From assembly GCA_964596475.1 (NCBI GenBank), contig CAZQTS010000002.1, forward strand, positions 1 to 41,608: DNA of 41,608 bases, given 5' to 3'. Below, piece after piece: positions 41,586 through 41,608 of the stretch. Every line of letters starts with the position of its first letter. Within the stretch, counting starts at the first letter, position 1. Position numbers and translations under genes: made by a program. Below the pieces are notes generated by a model that worked only from the letters and a program-made list of their open reading frames with translations, was not told the DNA's origin and did not search any database. The DNA comes from an uncultured Gammaproteobacteria bacterium (GTDB taxonomy: Bacteria > Patescibacteriota > Patescibacteriia > UBA1558 > 2-01-FULL-52-15).

Positions 41586-41608
41586 ATTCAAAGCTATTTT
41601 TGTGCCTA

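Overview
This 41.6 kb window is gene-dense, bacterial, uses the standard genetic code, and is about 90% coding with many 1-4 nt gene overlaps. All calls come from motif recognition in the supplied translations and from reading the DNA; no database search was possible.

Layout:
- Left end (1-9.7 kb, minus strand): housekeeping genes. These are an ADP-forming acetyl-CoA synthetase, a PfkB kinase, an unknown membrane protein, pyrG, an S41 C-terminal peptidase and murA. They are interrupted at 4.8-5.5 kb by a tRNA-Gln(UUG) locus.
- 9.7-32.6 kb and 35.3-41.4 kb: one very large cell-envelope glycan or glycoprotein biosynthesis region.
  - rmlA/B/C plus a HIT protein.
  - Two large polytopic membrane proteins: a probable GT-C glycosyltransferase and a 692-aa protein of unknown function (possible GT-C).
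  - A 10-gene translationally coupled operon: S8 subtilase with FG-GAP repeats, GtrA, three GT2, three GT4, DUF2304, and a UDP-xylose-synthase-like gene.
  - A Wzy_C/O-antigen-ligase-family protein.
  - A WbaP-like initiating phosphotransferase and rmlD.
  - A nonulosonic-acid module: PseI, PseH, Pse-associated methylase, SpsF-like cytidylyltransferase, and WbuX/HisH/HisF acetamidino enzymes.

Most unusual observations:
1. A split ATP-citrate-lyase-like trio (SucC-like, SucD-like, short citrate-synthase-like) sits at 32.56-35.33 kb. It is tightly packed behind the sugar phosphotransferase and rmlD genes and appears to share their promoter.
2. At the tRNA-Gln locus an exact 55-nt copy of the tRNA 5' portion, broken in the T-loop, lies upstream of a small GIY-YIG nuclease gene. 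That gene's stop codon lies inside the intact tRNA.
3. A family of GC-rich multi-hairpin intergenic elements occurs at four loci.
4. Several promoters sit so close to start codons that the mRNAs would be essentially leaderless.

No CRISPR array, rRNA, integrase/transposase or recognisable defence or toxin-antitoxin system was seen. The gene content and the repeat type suggest an uncultivated small-genome (CPR/Patescibacteria-like) bacterium, but this is inference only.
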